Positions 30,458-41,072 are shown, counted from the stretch's first letter. The stretch is DNA of 47,139 nucleotides from an uncultured Myxococcales bacterium (GCA_964431605.1 CAYSLH010000005.1:1-47139), one strand, 5' to 3'. Notes: a model not told the origin generated them from the sequence alone. Made by a program: numbers and translations.

Positions 30458-31977
30458 TCCAGGTGCCTTTACCCAGATACCTGGCCGAGTTGCGAGAAGA
30501 GATTGAAGTATATGCCAAGGATTATGGCCTGGATTTCTTCGAAGTCATTTTCGAGGTGTTGCCTTACAACACTATCAATATGATAGCTGCATACGGTGGT
30601 TTTCCAACCCGATATCCCCACTGGAGATTCGGGATGGAATACGAACAATTATCCAAGAGCTACACCTATGGACTGTCCAAAATCTACGAGATGGTCATCA
30701 ATAATGATCCATGTTACGCCTATCTGCTGGAAGGCAATTCCCTCGTGGAACAAAAAACTGTGATGGCTCACGTGTATGCCCATTGTGATTTTTTCAAGAA
30801 CAACAACTTTTTCCAGGATACAAATCGAAAGATGATGAACGAGATGGCTAACCATGCCACTCGCATAAGGCGTTACATGTCTAAGCATGGCGTCGAACCG
30901 GTTGAAAATTTTATCGACACGTGCCTGTCATTGGAAAACCTCATAGACCTTCATTCGTCCAAAATCAGGAGACGTCCGGTAAAGGCATCGTCTGAGGATC
31001 CCGAAAATGAAGACCATCCTGTGTCAGAAGTGGGAAGATTGCCGGTTCCGAGGCGTTACTTAGAGACATTCATCAATCCTGCCGAGTTTATAGAGGAACA
31101 GAAAAGTAAGCTTCAGGAAGAGAGAAAAAGATCGAAGCGATTTCCTCCCCAGCCAGAGCGAGACGTTTTGCTGTTCCTGATGGAGCATGCTCCACTTAGC
31201 CGGTTCCAGCGAGATATTCTTGGCATCATAAGGGAGGAAGCCTATTACTTTGCGCCCCAGGGCCAGACCAAGATCATGAACGAAGGATGGGCCACCTACT
31301 GGCACTCCACCATCATGACAACCAAGGCCATGGACGATTCGGAGGTTATCGACTTCGCTCAGTCCCACGCCGGAACTCTCGGCGGGGGCTCCAGGCGACT
31401 GAATCCATACAAGCTGGGCCTGGAACTTTACTATTATATCGAGGAAAAATGGAATACCGGCAGGTTCGGCAAGGAGTTTTCAGAATGTGAAGACATGGAT
31501 CGCAAACACAGGTGGAACAAACACCTTGGTCTTGGACGGGAAAAAATATTTGAAGTTCGCAGGCATTACAACGACGTGACTTTCATCGATGAATTTTTGG
31601 ACGAGGAGTTCTGTTACGAAAAGAAGCTGTTTGGCTTCGACTACAACCAACGTTCTGACCAGTGGGAGATTTCCACTCGTAAGTTCGAGGAGATAAAGAA
31701 AAAGCTGCTTTTTTCTTTGACCAACTTCGGACAACCAATAATAGAAGTGGTGGATTCAAACCATGCAAATCGCGGAGAGTTGCTTCTTGCCCACAGGCAT
31801 GAGGGGTTAGACCTGGACATGAAGTGGGCCAAGCCCACCATGGAGGCCCTGTTCAGGATCTGGTCTCGTCCCGTGTTGGTACGTACCGATTTCGATGGAA
31901 AACCCGTAGTGATAAAATATGATGGAACCGAGCACTCCAAAGAGGAGGTCGAAGACGACGGCCTGACCGACCCTTGA
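30454..31977 (+). CDS. spoVR: SpoVR/YcgB family protein
   Basis: [42 protein letters not shown]. Confidence 0.93.
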   Translation: MIQVPLPRYLAELREEIEVYAKDYGLDFFEVIFEVLPYNTINMIAAYGGFPTRYPHWRFGMEYEQLSKSYTYGLSKIYEMVINNDPCYAYLLEGNSLVEQKTVMAHVYAHCDFFKNNNFFQDTNRKMMNEMANHATRIRRYMSKHGVEPVENFIDTCLSLENLIDLHSSKIRRRPVKASSEDPENEDHPVSEVGRLPVPRRYLETFINPAEFIEEQKSKLQEERKRSKRFPPQPERDVLLFLMEHAPLSRFQRDILGIIREEAYYFAPQGQTKIMNEGWATYWHSTIMTTKAMDDSEVIDFAQSHAGTLGGGSRRLNPYKLGLELYYYIEEKWNTGRFGKEFSECEDMDRKHRWNKHLGLGREKIFEVRRHYNDVTFIDEFLDEEFCYEKKLFGFDYNQRSDQWEISTRKFEEIKKKLLFSLTNFGQPIIEVVDSNHANRGELLLAHRHEGLDLDMKWAKPTMEALFRIWSRPVLVRTDFDGKPVVIKYDGTEHSKEEVEDDGLTDP

Positions 31978-31999
31978 GTCTGGCTGGAGTTATAGCGCC

Positions 32000-33505
32000 T
32001 TACATCTCTTTGTATGGTGGTATTACTCGATCAGGATCAAAGGCTTGCGGTGCTCTCAAGGATGCTACAGGGAAGGTGGAGTTCCTCTGGTTGAACACAC
32101 CCATGGGTCGGTGATTTCCGCTCTGGCCCTGTCCTCCCATGGGAAGACGTATGCTCGTTTCTGTGGTGGATAGATTATGATTTATAAGTCCGAAGTTCAG
32201 ATCCTGGCAGTAGTTCAAGAATCGTTCCGGATCTTCGGTTATGACTGACACGGCCAAGCGATATGAGGTGGAATTTGCAACTCTCAACGCTTCTGACCTT
32301 CCTTTGAAGGGAATCACCACCACGTCCGGTCCAAAGGATTGGCCCATGGGTCTAATCTCATCAAGGGGCATGGGTCGCTTCATAACCAACACTGATGGGC
32401 TCAGGTAGAAGCCGGGCTTTTTCTTGTCCACCTCTCGAGCCAAGTGTATACGCACTGCTCCCATGCCAAGAAGTTTTTCCTGTCGGTCCAAGGCCCTGTC
32501 CATGGCTGCTTTGCTCAACAACGGTCCCATGAAAACCCCTGGTTCATCACAATAGCCTATCTTGAGATTGTCTACCTTTTGCAGAAAAAGCTCCGTAAAT
32601 TGTTCGAATCGCTGTCTCGCAACGAGTATGACGCCGGTGGAAGTGTAACGCTGCCCCGTGGTCATAAACGCGCCTTTTACACATTCGTACACAGCCCGAT
32701 CCATGTCCGCGTCTTCCAACACCAGAGCAGGATTGACCCCGCCCATTTGAACGGATACCAACTTGTGTGGTTGAGCGGACGTAGCCTCCAACAGCCTTCG
32801 CCCGGATTGGACAGCACCGGCAAAAAGCACCGAGTCTACTGCTGCATGACACGCCAGCCTCAAACCTGTATCAGCATCTCCCTGGATCATATTGAAAACA
32901 CCCTTGGGAAGCTCCACCTCGTCCATCAGCTTAGCGATCGCCTGGCCACATGCCGGGGCCAGCTTCGAGGGTTTGAACACTACCGTGTTTCCCGCCAGCA
33001 GGGTCGGCAATATCAATGATACCGGAATATCCATGGGAGAAGCGGCAGGACCCAGGATCGCAGCAACTCCCAGAGGGCGGAAGTTGCACGAACCATAGAC
33101 TCCCCAGCGAATTTCCCCGACCTTGAAAGGACTAGTTGCCCTGATTCCTTCTCTTACATCAGTCTCCACCTGCGCTTCTATGGTTGCCACATCGAGGGCG
33201 GATTCCCAAATAGGCTTACCGGATTCTGCGGAGATGGTTCGGGCTAATACCTCACGCTGGTTTACCACTTCTGCCGCAAACTTTCGAAGTATGTCTGCCC
33301 GCTCGCTCAAATCCATCTTGCGCCATTCGGCCGATGCCGCCTGTGCAGCATCTATGGCTGCGTCCACGTGACCGGGATATACCGAAAAGCTTCCAATTCG
33401 ATATCCCGTATCTCCCGGATCCCTGGAGACGATTTTATACTGGGCACCTCGGGGTCTGCGAAATCGTCCGTCAATGTAATCACCTAGCACTTTTACCGTG
33501 TGCAT
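32000..33505 (-). CDS. Aldehyde dehydrogenase-fold protein (AstD-like) with degenerate catalytic residues
   Basis: GKPIWES, GNTVVFKPS, LPKGVFN, GQR[Y]T, SGNHRP; start at MHTVK after an AGAAAGGA RBS. Confidence 0.85.
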   Translation of the reverse strand: MHTVKVLGDYIDGRFRRPRGAQYKIVSRDPGDTGYRIGSFSVYPGHVDAAIDAAQAASAEWRKMDLSERADILRKFAAEVVNQREVLARTISAESGKPIWESALDVATIEAQVETDVREGIRATSPFKVGEIRWGVYGSCNFRPLGVAAILGPAASPMDIPVSLILPTLLAGNTVVFKPSKLAPACGQAIAKLMDEVELPKGVFNMIQGDADTGLRLACHAAVDSVLFAGAVQSGRRLLEATSAQPHKLVSVQMGGVNPALVLEDADMDRAVYECVKGAFMTTGQRYTSTGVILVARQRFEQFTELFLQKVDNLKIGYCDEPGVFMGPLLSKAAMDRALDRQEKLLGMGAVRIHLAREVDKKKPGFYLSPSVLVMKRPMPLDEIRPMGQSFGPDVVVIPFKGRSEALRVANSTSYRLAVSVITEDPERFLNYCQDLNFGLINHNLSTTETSIRLPMGGQGQSGNHRPMGVFNQRNSTFPVASLRAPQAFDPDRVIPPYKEM

Positions 33506-33601
33506 GGGCGTTCCTTTCTCGGGCGAAATGTTACTGACGGATTGTATATCAGAGCAAAAAGGTTTAGTAAAATCAGTTGAGGATAAAGACTGGAGGTTGA
33601 A

Positions 33602-34087
33602 GTGAGAGCGGTTATACAGAGGGTGGAGCACGCCAAGGTAACGGTGGAGGAGCGAACGGTCGCCTCCATGGACAGCGGATTGCTGGTTTTACTGGCTGCC
33701 GGTCAGCAAGACACCGAGTCTGTGGCGGACTGGATGGCAGACAAAATAATCAACCTTAGGGTCTTTCCAGACGACGCTGGCAAGATGAATCTTTCGTTAA
33801 AGGACACAGCAGGGCAGATGATCGTTGTTTCTCAATTTACGCTATATGGCGATTGCAGAAAAGGCAGAAGACCTTCTTTTGTTGGAGCTCTGGAGCCTGA
33901 CGCCGCATCTCGGCTCGTGGATAGGTTTGTCCTGCGTGTAAACGAATCAGGAATCGTCTGTTCTCAAGGGGTGTTCGGTGCTCACATGAAAGTAGACTTA
34001 CTCAACGACGGACCTGTGACCTTGCTGCTGGATTCGGCTGTATCGAGACATTCGGCAAAAGGTGGATTCAGTGTGGATAATCCATAG
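33602..34087 (+). CDS. dtd: D-aminoacyl-tRNA deacylase
   Basis: MRAVIQRV, SQFTL, GRRPSF, NDGPVT. Confidence 0.95.
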   Translation: MRAVIQRVEHAKVTVEERTVASMDSGLLVLLAAGQQDTESVADWMADKIINLRVFPDDAGKMNLSLKDTAGQMIVVSQFTLYGDCRKGRRPSFVGALEPDAASRLVDRFVLRVNESGIVCSQGVFGAHMKVDLLNDGPVTLLLDSAVSRHSAKGGFSVDNP

Positions 34088-34089
34088 AT

Positions 34090-35763
34090 CTACTTTGTTA
34101 TCGCCCCAATGATGATCTCCTTGTTCTTTCCAACCATGATCGACATGACAGGAAGAAGTCTTCTATAAAAAAAGCACCCGAGCAGAGGCAAAACCAACAA
34201 CGTTATATTTGTAAGCACGCTATTTGAACCAAAGACACCAACAACCGCCATGGTCACTATGGTACAAAAAGCCAAGGTCGCCATCATCCACAAGAAAGAG
34301 GAAGGTTCCGGTCTGTCGCGTCGTGCCAGCCTGAAGTGGAATCGTCTTGGATGGATAGCGCTCAGCATGTTTCCCGTACACAACATGCAAAACAGACCAA
34401 AGAAAAAAGATCCGACAGGCAAGGCGAGCAGGTCTGAGGATGTGTCAGGCAGAAATAAAAACAAGACCATACCAAGGCCTGCAAATTGTACTGTAGCAAA
34501 AAGCCCATGGGCCAGGTTTCGTCCTACTATCCAAGCCCGGTGCGAAGCCGGCAACCAAAACACCCATCTTATCGCGTGGGAGTAATATCCAAATCCATTG
34601 GCGAGGATCTGTCCCCCTATCATGCTCAACACGTATGCTCCCAGCATGGACCACAATATGCAAGCCCATGAGTCACCCCACACGAACAAAAGCAGCTGAC
34701 TGGCGCCAACTATTTTGAGAATGATTAGAAGGAAGAACGGAACGGCAAAGAGCATCCTGGCCTTTGGATTCGAAATCAGAGATCTCATTTCCATCTCGAA
34801 AACGGCTTGTGCTTGTTCACTCATCAACCCAAGATGCCAACCGGTTCGCTTGATAGAATATTTTTTTCTTGTTTGGTTTTCCTTTCTTGCCAGCAACCCT
34901 ATGCCCTTGCCGCCGCGATAAAACCGAAGCAACAACCACAGACCACCAAACCATGCTATTCCTGCAAAGAACAGCATCAAAGCCGAAGCACCCAAAGCTG
35001 CCTGCCAATCACCGGCCGCTGAAGCAGCAAGTCCACGGGCCAACAGACCTGGTGGTGTCACTCCAAGTGCCCTGGCGGTATTGGCCAACAGATTCATGTC
35101 CTGGGTAGTGTTGCCAAATTCTCCCAATCGATCAAACAGCCATGATGCGTCCACCGACGGTATGAGCACAGCGAGTCCTAAACCTGTCAAAATACCCGCA
35201 AAGAGTATTTCGGCGGATCGCCTCGATGTCATGATGTTGAGCATGAGATTGAGAAGTAGTCGTCCAGTGGCAACGCACATGAAGATATAGCTCGTGGTCA
35301 ATATCAACATGGTACCAGTGTCCGGTTCCAGGGATGATGATATTCCGATCATGGCGCCTATGATGATCGGATAGAAGAACAAGACATTGGGTTCGAACAG
35401 GCCTTTCAGGAGTTGAATCGTGTATAGCTTCAAAGGACGAATCGGGAACCTGAAATATCGCTCCATTTCGTAAGCCTCATCTACCTGAGCCGCCACCACT
35501 GGCCAGATTATCCAAAACAGGCCCACGAGGAAGGTAAACAGGCTGAGGCTGAAAGCCATCCATGTCGAATCCGATACTATGCCGTTCATTTTTCCAAACA
35601 GCCACCAGGACCCGATCCCCAATCCCGACGAAAGCATCATTGCCAACACGGAGCTCGTTAAGATACCAATGGAACTCGATTTGCCGAATTTCCTGAGAAA
35701 GATTCTAAACCGTACGCCAAGGATGAGACGAAAGATCGTGGTCGCAGATGGATTGGATGACAT
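34090..35763 (-). CDS. Putative ABC exporter permease (multi-TM)
   Basis: About 12-14 TM segments; TGATG overlap with the upstream ATPase. Confidence 0.75.
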   Translation of the reverse strand: MSSNPSATTIFRLILGVRFRIFLRKFGKSSSIGILTSSVLAMMLSSGLGIGSWWLFGKMNGIVSDSTWMAFSLSLFTFLVGLFWIIWPVVAAQVDEAYEMERYFRFPIRPLKLYTIQLLKGLFEPNVLFFYPIIIGAMIGISSSLEPDTGTMLILTTSYIFMCVATGRLLLNLMLNIMTSRRSAEILFAGILTGLGLAVLIPSVDASWLFDRLGEFGNTTQDMNLLANTARALGVTPPGLLARGLAASAAGDWQAALGASALMLFFAGIAWFGGLWLLLRFYRGGKGIGLLARKENQTRKKYSIKRTGWHLGLMSEQAQAVFEMEMRSLISNPKARMLFAVPFFLLIILKIVGASQLLLFVWGDSWACILWSMLGAYVLSMIGGQILANGFGYYSHAIRWVFWLPASHRAWIVGRNLAHGLFATVQFAGLGMVLFLFLPDTSSDLLALPVGSFFFGLFCMLCTGNMLSAIHPRRFHFRLARRDRPEPSSFLWMMATLAFCTIVTMAVVGVFGSNSVLTNITLLVLPLLGCFFYRRLLPVMSIMVGKNKEIIIGAITK

Positions 35764-36539
35764 CACGAATCTTTTTTCTCCATGAGCCAACCAGGTAACT
35801 CCAGAGTTTTAGTCTCAGAAATGACTTTCCTGAAGAGTTCATCCAACCTCTCCCCCCTTTTCTTCATCTCGGCAAGGTCTGTTTCTATCACGATGGATCC
35901 CTTGTCGATGATTCCAACTTTATGGCATAGCTTTTCGGCAACCTCCATTATGTGGGTAGTCAAAAGAACCGTTGCTCCCCGCTTGGTAAGCCCCAACAAC
36001 ACCTGCCGGATGGTGTCGGCACTCGATGCGTCCACACCCTCGAAAGGTTCATCGAAGAACAAAACCCTTGGTGCATGGATGAGTGCACAGGCTATGGCGA
36101 GTTTTTTCTTCATGCCCCGCGAATAGTCTGCCACGAGAGTCTTCGAGTGAACATCGAGTCCCAGCAGGGCAAGGAGGTCCTCGGCTCTTTGCCTTGCCTC
36201 CGATCGCTCTATGCCGTACATCCGACCGGTGAAGACGAGCTGCTCAGGTCCTCTGAGCCTTTCGAACAGGGGAGGTTGTTCTGAGACCACCCCCATGGAT
36301 GATTTAAAAAACGGTGCATCAGGGTCAAACTTTTTCCCCAGGATTTCGATCGTGCCGGAAGTTGGCCTCAAACACCCGGTGAGCATGGCAACTGTCGTGG
36401 ATTTTCCAGCCCCGTTGGGACCGAGAAGTCCATAGAAAGTGCCTGATTCGATTCGAAGGTCGAGGTGATCCACGGCAAGAGTGTCTCCGAAATTTCTGCT
36501 GAGTTGCTTCGTGACAATGGCTGGGTTTTTATCTTGCAT
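35763..36539 (-). CDS. ABC transporter ATP-binding protein
   Basis: GPNGAGKST, YSRGMKKK, FFDEPFEG, TTH. Confidence 0.9.
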   Translation of the reverse strand: MQDKNPAIVTKQLSRNFGDTLAVDHLDLRIESGTFYGLLGPNGAGKSTTVAMLTGCLRPTSGTIEILGKKFDPDAPFFKSSMGVVSEQPPLFERLRGPEQLVFTGRMYGIERSEARQRAEDLLALLGLDVHSKTLVADYSRGMKKKLAIACALIHAPRVLFFDEPFEGVDASSADTIRQVLLGLTKRGATVLLTTHIMEVAEKLCHKVGIIDKGSIVIETDLAEMKKRGERLDELFRKVISETKTLELPGWLMEKKDS

Positions 36540-36621
36540 GTTGGATCGTTGTAACAAATACCCTTTCAGATCTGAAGTAAATTTGTTAGACAGTACTGAA
36601 GCTGTGTTCAAGGAGGTTCAA

Positions 36622-37047
36622 ATGTCGACATCCAGTTTGCCTGACATGAAACAAAAGCAAAAACTTCTCTATGCTGATGATATCTCCGCCGAAATTCTCA
36701 TAAAGCACGGCATGGCTTTTTATGAGCAAGGATGGTTTAGCGATGCCCTGGATTTTTTTTCCAAGGCTGAGCATACCGAAGGCTTAGAAATGCTAAAAGA
36801 GGCTGTGGTGCAACAGGGAGACGCTTTTTTATTCAATCGTTGCCTTGTGGCTCTTGGTATAGACGATGCCGGCTCTCAGTGGTGCGAGGTTGCAGACAGG
36901 GCCTTGACATTGGGCAAGCTCCAGTTTGCCAGGGAGGGCTACCGTAGGTGCGGCGACCGTAAGTCCATGGAAAAAGTGGATAGGATGATCTTGCCTGACC
37001 AAGAGAGTGAGTCTACGGAAGAGGAACTTGGAGACGAACCGCAATGA
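36622..37047 (+). CDS. Hypothetical TPR-like protein
   Basis: AGGAGG RBS; helical repeats. Confidence 0.7.
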   Translation: MSTSSLPDMKQKQKLLYADDISAEILIKHGMAFYEQGWFSDALDFFSKAEHTEGLEMLKEAVVQQGDAFLFNRCLVALGIDDAGSQWCEVADRALTLGKLQFAREGYRRCGDRKSMEKVDRMILPDQESESTEEELGDEPQ

Positions 37048-37484
37048 GGTCAATGGCACTAAGAGCCGCAGTTTTCATGATGCCACTGCTATTTATATCC
37101 GGCTGTTACTGTCCCTTGTTGGCTAAGGCTGGATACGAAAAAGAGTGCGAAGGTTCCATGATAGACAGCTTGGATGCAAAATCCTATCGATTGTCCAGGA
37201 TCGAACGAGGCATGAGCAAAGGGCATTCTATCACTTTGAATATTTCCAGGGATGATTGTTCCATACGGGTGCCGGATGACTTCATCTCCATGGGGATCGT
37301 CGGGTTGCACATTGAAAAACCCCGTTCGGTAAAAAAAGGGGCCATGGTGCTTGTCATAACTGACCCGGACCCAGTGAACAAAGGAAAGACAATGGAGTGT
37401 CGGGCGCCGATTTCAGACACTGATCCCATGGTGTTTTCCTGCCCGGAAAAGGCAGGCGATGTACGATACCTTCTACAACCCTGA
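37044..37484 (+). CDS. Hypothetical lipoprotein
   Basis: Lipobox ISGC; ATGA overlap. Confidence 0.6.
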   Translation: MRSMALRAAVFMMPLLFISGCYCPLLAKAGYEKECEGSMIDSLDAKSYRLSRIERGMSKGHSITLNISRDDCSIRVPDDFISMGIVGLHIEKPRSVKKGAMVLVITDPDPVNKGKTMECRAPISDTDPMVFSCPEKAGDVRYLLQP

Positions 37485-37488
37485 TCTT

Positions 37489-38037
37489 TTACTCCACCTG
37501 ATTGAAAGTATCGAGGGCAGTGAAAACCGAAGACGATGATGGAGGCAACAAAGCCATAGTGAAAGCCGGTGCTGCAAAAAACAACCCGGTGATCCAACCT
37601 GAAGCCCCCATCATACCTGTCATCAACCCATAGAGGCCGACGGCTTCACATATTCCCCAGGTCGCAACACATCCGGCAGTATATCTTGATAGAAACAATG
37701 CTTGCCTGCCAATACGTTCGTCTATATTTTCCGGAAGTCCAAGCTTTTTCAAATCCTGTGGACCTACCTCGAGAATCTTTTCAGGCTTGATAAGTCTGTT
37801 TCGGGAAAAAGGCACAACCAAGCCCAACAAGACTAAGGCGGTAACCGCCAGGAATAACTTGATCCAATCGAATTCATGGAAGTATGAAAAATCAGCCGGG
37901 CCGCCAAGCCAAAGGGCTAGCCCAAGTAAGACAGCCAACAAAAGGTTCATAATTATGTAAATTACTCTAAGGGTACGAATTTGACGGTGTGTCACTTCCA
38001 CCACGAGAGGATGGATGGTGGCACCATATCGAGGCAT
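37489..38037 (-). CDS. Hypothetical membrane protein
   Basis: About 4 TM segments; translationally coupled to recR. Confidence 0.7.
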   Translation of the reverse strand: MPRYGATIHPLVVEVTHRQIRTLRVIYIIMNLLLAVLLGLALWLGGPADFSYFHEFDWIKLFLAVTALVLLGLVVPFSRNRLIKPEKILEVGPQDLKKLGLPENIDERIGRQALFLSRYTAGCVATWGICEAVGLYGLMTGMMGASGWITGLFFAAPAFTMALLPPSSSSVFTALDTFNQVE

Positions 38038-38627
38038 CAGTTGATCTCCGTCCTGCCGCGAATTGCGAGACCAATGGTGGATCGGTCCACGTATTCCAAT
38101 TCTCCTCCCACCGGAATGCCTGCAGCCAAGCGGGTCACTGTGATACCCTTGTGCTCTATTCTTTTTTTCAGGTAAAGTGCCGTAGCTTCTCCCTCCACGC
38201 TCGAAGACGTGGCTATGATCACTTCCTGCACGTCACCACTCAGCCTGTTCATGAGACTTTCAATTCTCAACTCATCCGGACCTGCATTCTGTAGGGGATT
38301 GAGCACTCCACCCAGCACATGATAAAGGCCGCCATACTCGCCGGAAGCATCGATGGCCATGAGGTCCTGAACCTTTTCCACCACGCAAATGACATTCTTT
38401 TGGCGTTGAGGATCTCGACAGATGCGACAAAGATCGTCTTCAGTCAGATTACCACACACAGGACATGGATGGACCAGCCGAACCAGCTCCTCCAGGGAAA
38501 AAGCCAGCGACCTGGCATACTCGGGGTCCGCGGCCAGGATGGCGTGTACCAATCTTGTAGCGGTCTTCTCGCCGATCCCCGGCAATTGCCTGAGCAGGAT
38601 TACCAACCTCTGTATCGAGTCAGCCAA
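38037..38627 (-). CDS. recR: Recombination mediator RecR
   Basis: LPGIGEKTA, C4 zinc finger, YHVLGG, EGEATA, GGELEYVD. Confidence 0.95.
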   Translation of the reverse strand: MADSIQRLVILLRQLPGIGEKTATRLVHAILAADPEYARSLAFSLEELVRLVHPCPVCGNLTEDDLCRICRDPQRQKNVICVVEKVQDLMAIDASGEYGGLYHVLGGVLNPLQNAGPDELRIESLMNRLSGDVQEVIIATSSSVEGEATALYLKKRIEHKGITVTRLAAGIPVGGELEYVDRSTIGLAIRGRTEIN

Positions 38628-38636
38628 GGAAAAATC

Positions 38637-38975
38637 TCACAACCCGAGTCCGCCCAAAAGGTCTCCAAGGCCGGGAATTGATATACCGCCGGTCAAAGAC
38701 GCAGTCTCGGCATCAATCATCTCTCGAGCTTCTGAAAGGGCCTGGTTCGTCGCAGCCGCTATGAGATCCTGCAGCATGGAGACATCGTTGGGATCTACCA
38801 CTTCTTTTTCTATCTCGAGCTTTACTATCTGCATGGCTCCATTGGCAGTGGCCTTGACCATTCCACCACCTGCGCTCGCGGTCACAGTTCTCTTCGCCAA
38901 GTCTCTCTTTAGCTGTTCCAGCCGAGCGCTCATTTGCTGGGCCTGCTTTAGCATCTGTTCCATGTTAGGAATCAC
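38637..38975 (-). CDS. ybaB: YbaB/EbfC nucleoid-associated protein
   Basis: KQAQQM, AGGGMV, LQDLIAAA; located between dnaX and recR. Confidence 0.93.
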   Translation of the reverse strand: MIPNMEQMLKQAQQMSARLEQLKRDLAKRTVTASAGGGMVKATANGAMQIVKLEIEKEVVDPNDVSMLQDLIAAATNQALSEAREMIDAETASLTGGISIPGLGDLLGGLGL

Positions 38976-40747
38976 TGAGTCTTCTCCTCTTCTTTTTCGG
39001 GGTTGATCTCGACCCTTTCGACCTTTGCCCCGAAAACCCTGATCGCCTCCTGAACCGCAGGGTGTTCCATGGCCAGTTTGCGTTTCTCGTCCATTTCTTT
39101 TTGCCGGGCCTTGTCGGTTTTTTCAGCCAGGCTGGGTGAATCTGATTCCTCTGCGTCTTCTACGGATAATTGTGTCTCGCATCCAAAAAACGTGCTTGCC
39201 ATGCGCTGGATTTCTTTTTTATTGCGGGGCAGCCTAACCTGCTCTCCGAAAAAAGAATCTAGTTCAAAGGCAATTATGATCTGTCCAGGTTCCACCTTCC
39301 GAATTCGAGCATGGGACAAAAAAGATCCGAGAGAAGGGCGTCTGGAATTAATCTCGTCCACGAGTTTCTTCCAGGCATCCATACCCTTGAGCCCAGCGCC
39401 AGGTGAGGATCCAGGTTTAGCAAAGACGTGCTTGGGTTCTGGTTGCGAAGGCGGCTCTTTATTTGGATCGGGCTTTTGTGCCTCGTGTTGTTGCTGGTTT
39501 TGATTCTGGACAGGTCGAGGGTGTGGTTGTACGGGTTGTCTTGTTCTTGAAAAAGGTTTTGGTGGTGGTGCCCCTGTATTTGTATTGGACGAAGCCTGGC
39601 TATTTATAGCAGCGGCAAGATTCTCAACTCTGGTCAACAGCTCGTCCACCGACACCATGGGTTCGATAACACTCAATCGCAAAAGTGCCGTCTCCAGCAC
39701 CAGCCTGGGATAAGGGTTTTTAGATATTTCCTCCGCTGTCCGGCTCAGCACATCGAACACCTGGTGCCATCTCAGCACAGGAGCCATGGCTGCCTGTTGT
39801 CGAAGTCTGTGTCTCTCATCTTCGAGCAGGTCCACCAGGTCTCCAGGATCGTCCAGTGTGGAAAACAGGATGAGGTTGTGGATATACCAGAGAAGACCTT
39901 CGATAAAACGTTTCAGATCATGGCCTTCGTCGAAAAGCTTCTCTACGAGCCTCATCATTTGTTCCAGGTCGGAATCCAACAGAAAACTTATGAGAGATTC
40001 GAACACCTCGTATCCGGTCAGGTGCAAGGCCATGCGCACCTGTTCCGCTGTGATATGTTCTCCGCCGAACGCGAGCACCTGGTCTGTGAGACTCAACGCA
40101 TCTCGCACGGATCCAGACGCCTGCCTTGAAATGATACGGATACCTTCAGGATCTATGTCCATCTTTTCCATGTCCAGGACATGCTTGATGTGAGCCTGGA
40201 GTTCGTCCGAAGAAATCCTTTTGAAATCGAATCGCTGGCAGCGAGAAAGGACTGTCAATGGAATCTTGTGAGGTTCGGTGGTTGCAAAAATAAACTTTAC
40301 GTGTGCGGGCGGCTCTTCCAATGTCTTTAGAAGAGCGTTGAATGCACTGTTGGAAAGCATGTGAACTTCGTCGATGATATAAATCTTGAACCGACTGCGC
40401 GCAGGCATGTACTGAAGGTTGTCCCGAAGCGCTCTTACATCATCCACACCAGTGTTGGATGCTCCGTCTATTTCAAAGACATCGGGGGACGCACCGGATG
40501 ATATCTCTTTGCAGATAGAGCAGTTGATATCCGGATCTGGAGTCGGGCCTTTTTCACAGTTGAGCGCTTTGGCCAATAGGCGGGCAACCGTGGTCTTTCC
40601 AACTCCCCTTGCCCCTGTGAAAAGATAGGCATGGGCCACTCGTGACAAACGTATGGCATTTTTCAGAGTCTGTATCACCCCCTGCTGTCCGATGACTTCA
40701 TCGAACGTAGAGGGCCTGTACTTTCTGGCAAGGACTAGGTACGACAT
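38972..40747 (-). CDS. dnaX: DNA polymerase III gamma/tau subunit
   Basis: YLVLARKYRP, GARGVGKTT, IDEVHML, SRCQRF. Confidence 0.95.
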   Translation of the reverse strand: MSYLVLARKYRPSTFDEVIGQQGVIQTLKNAIRLSRVAHAYLFTGARGVGKTTVARLLAKALNCEKGPTPDPDINCSICKEISSGASPDVFEIDGASNTGVDDVRALRDNLQYMPARSRFKIYIIDEVHMLSNSAFNALLKTLEEPPAHVKFIFATTEPHKIPLTVLSRCQRFDFKRISSDELQAHIKHVLDMEKMDIDPEGIRIISRQASGSVRDALSLTDQVLAFGGEHITAEQVRMALHLTGYEVFESLISFLLDSDLEQMMRLVEKLFDEGHDLKRFIEGLLWYIHNLILFSTLDDPGDLVDLLEDERHRLRQQAAMAPVLRWHQVFDVLSRTAEEISKNPYPRLVLETALLRLSVIEPMVSVDELLTRVENLAAAINSQASSNTNTGAPPPKPFSRTRQPVQPHPRPVQNQNQQQHEAQKPDPNKEPPSQPEPKHVFAKPGSSPGAGLKGMDAWKKLVDEINSRRPSLGSFLSHARIRKVEPGQIIIAFELDSFFGEQVRLPRNKKEIQRMASTFFGCETQLSVEDAEESDSPSLAEKTDKARQKEMDEKRKLAMEHPAVQEAIRVFGAKVERVEINPEKEEEKTQ

Positions 40748-40783
40748 CGCACCCCCACAGTCAGGAGGGCCTTTTGAAAAAAA

Positions 40784-40889
40784 GGGACGGCCAGGCAACC
40801 CTGCATCACACGGACGATGTTACGACCGCTGCTCCCTTCCGGGCCTGACGGGGTTAGTAACTCGCCGTTGCGCAGGACCCGGCCGTCCC
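40784..40889 (-). ncRNA. ffs: Signal recognition particle RNA (4.5S)
   Basis: TCAGGCCCGGAAGGGAGCAGC helix-8 motif; terminal stem GGGACGGCC/GGCCGTCCC followed by a U-run; upstream of dnaX. Confidence 0.92.
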
Positions 40890-40900
40890 AGGCCGGGATA

Positions 40901-40985
40901 CGGAGAGAGAGGGATTCGAACCCTCGGTAGGTCGCCCTACACACGATTTCCAATCGTGCCCCTTCGGCCTCTCGGGCATCTCTCC
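40901..40985 (-). tRNA. tRNA-Ser(GGA), CCA not encoded
   Basis: GGAGAGA acceptor stem, CACGA-TT-GGA-AA-TCGTG anticodon arm, long variable arm, GGTTCGAATCC. Confidence 0.95.
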
Positions 40986-41021
40986 AAAATAATTTTTACA
41001 ACCGTCAGGCGACGATCATTG

Positions 41022-41052
41022 GTTTATACAAACCGTAGTTTATACCAACCGT
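41022..41052. repeat. Tandem 15-bp imperfect direct repeat GTTTATAC(A/C)AACCGT in a tRNA spacer
   Basis: Copies at 41022-41036 and 41038-41052; partial copy near 40994-41005. Confidence 0.6.
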
Positions 41053-41072
41053 TTTACACGGTTTTTGCACAA

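Noticed and set aside
39420-39600. Pro/Gln-rich stretch in dnaX as an insertion or frameshift site
   Set aside because: Ordinary low-complexity tau linker; no clear slippery heptamer seen
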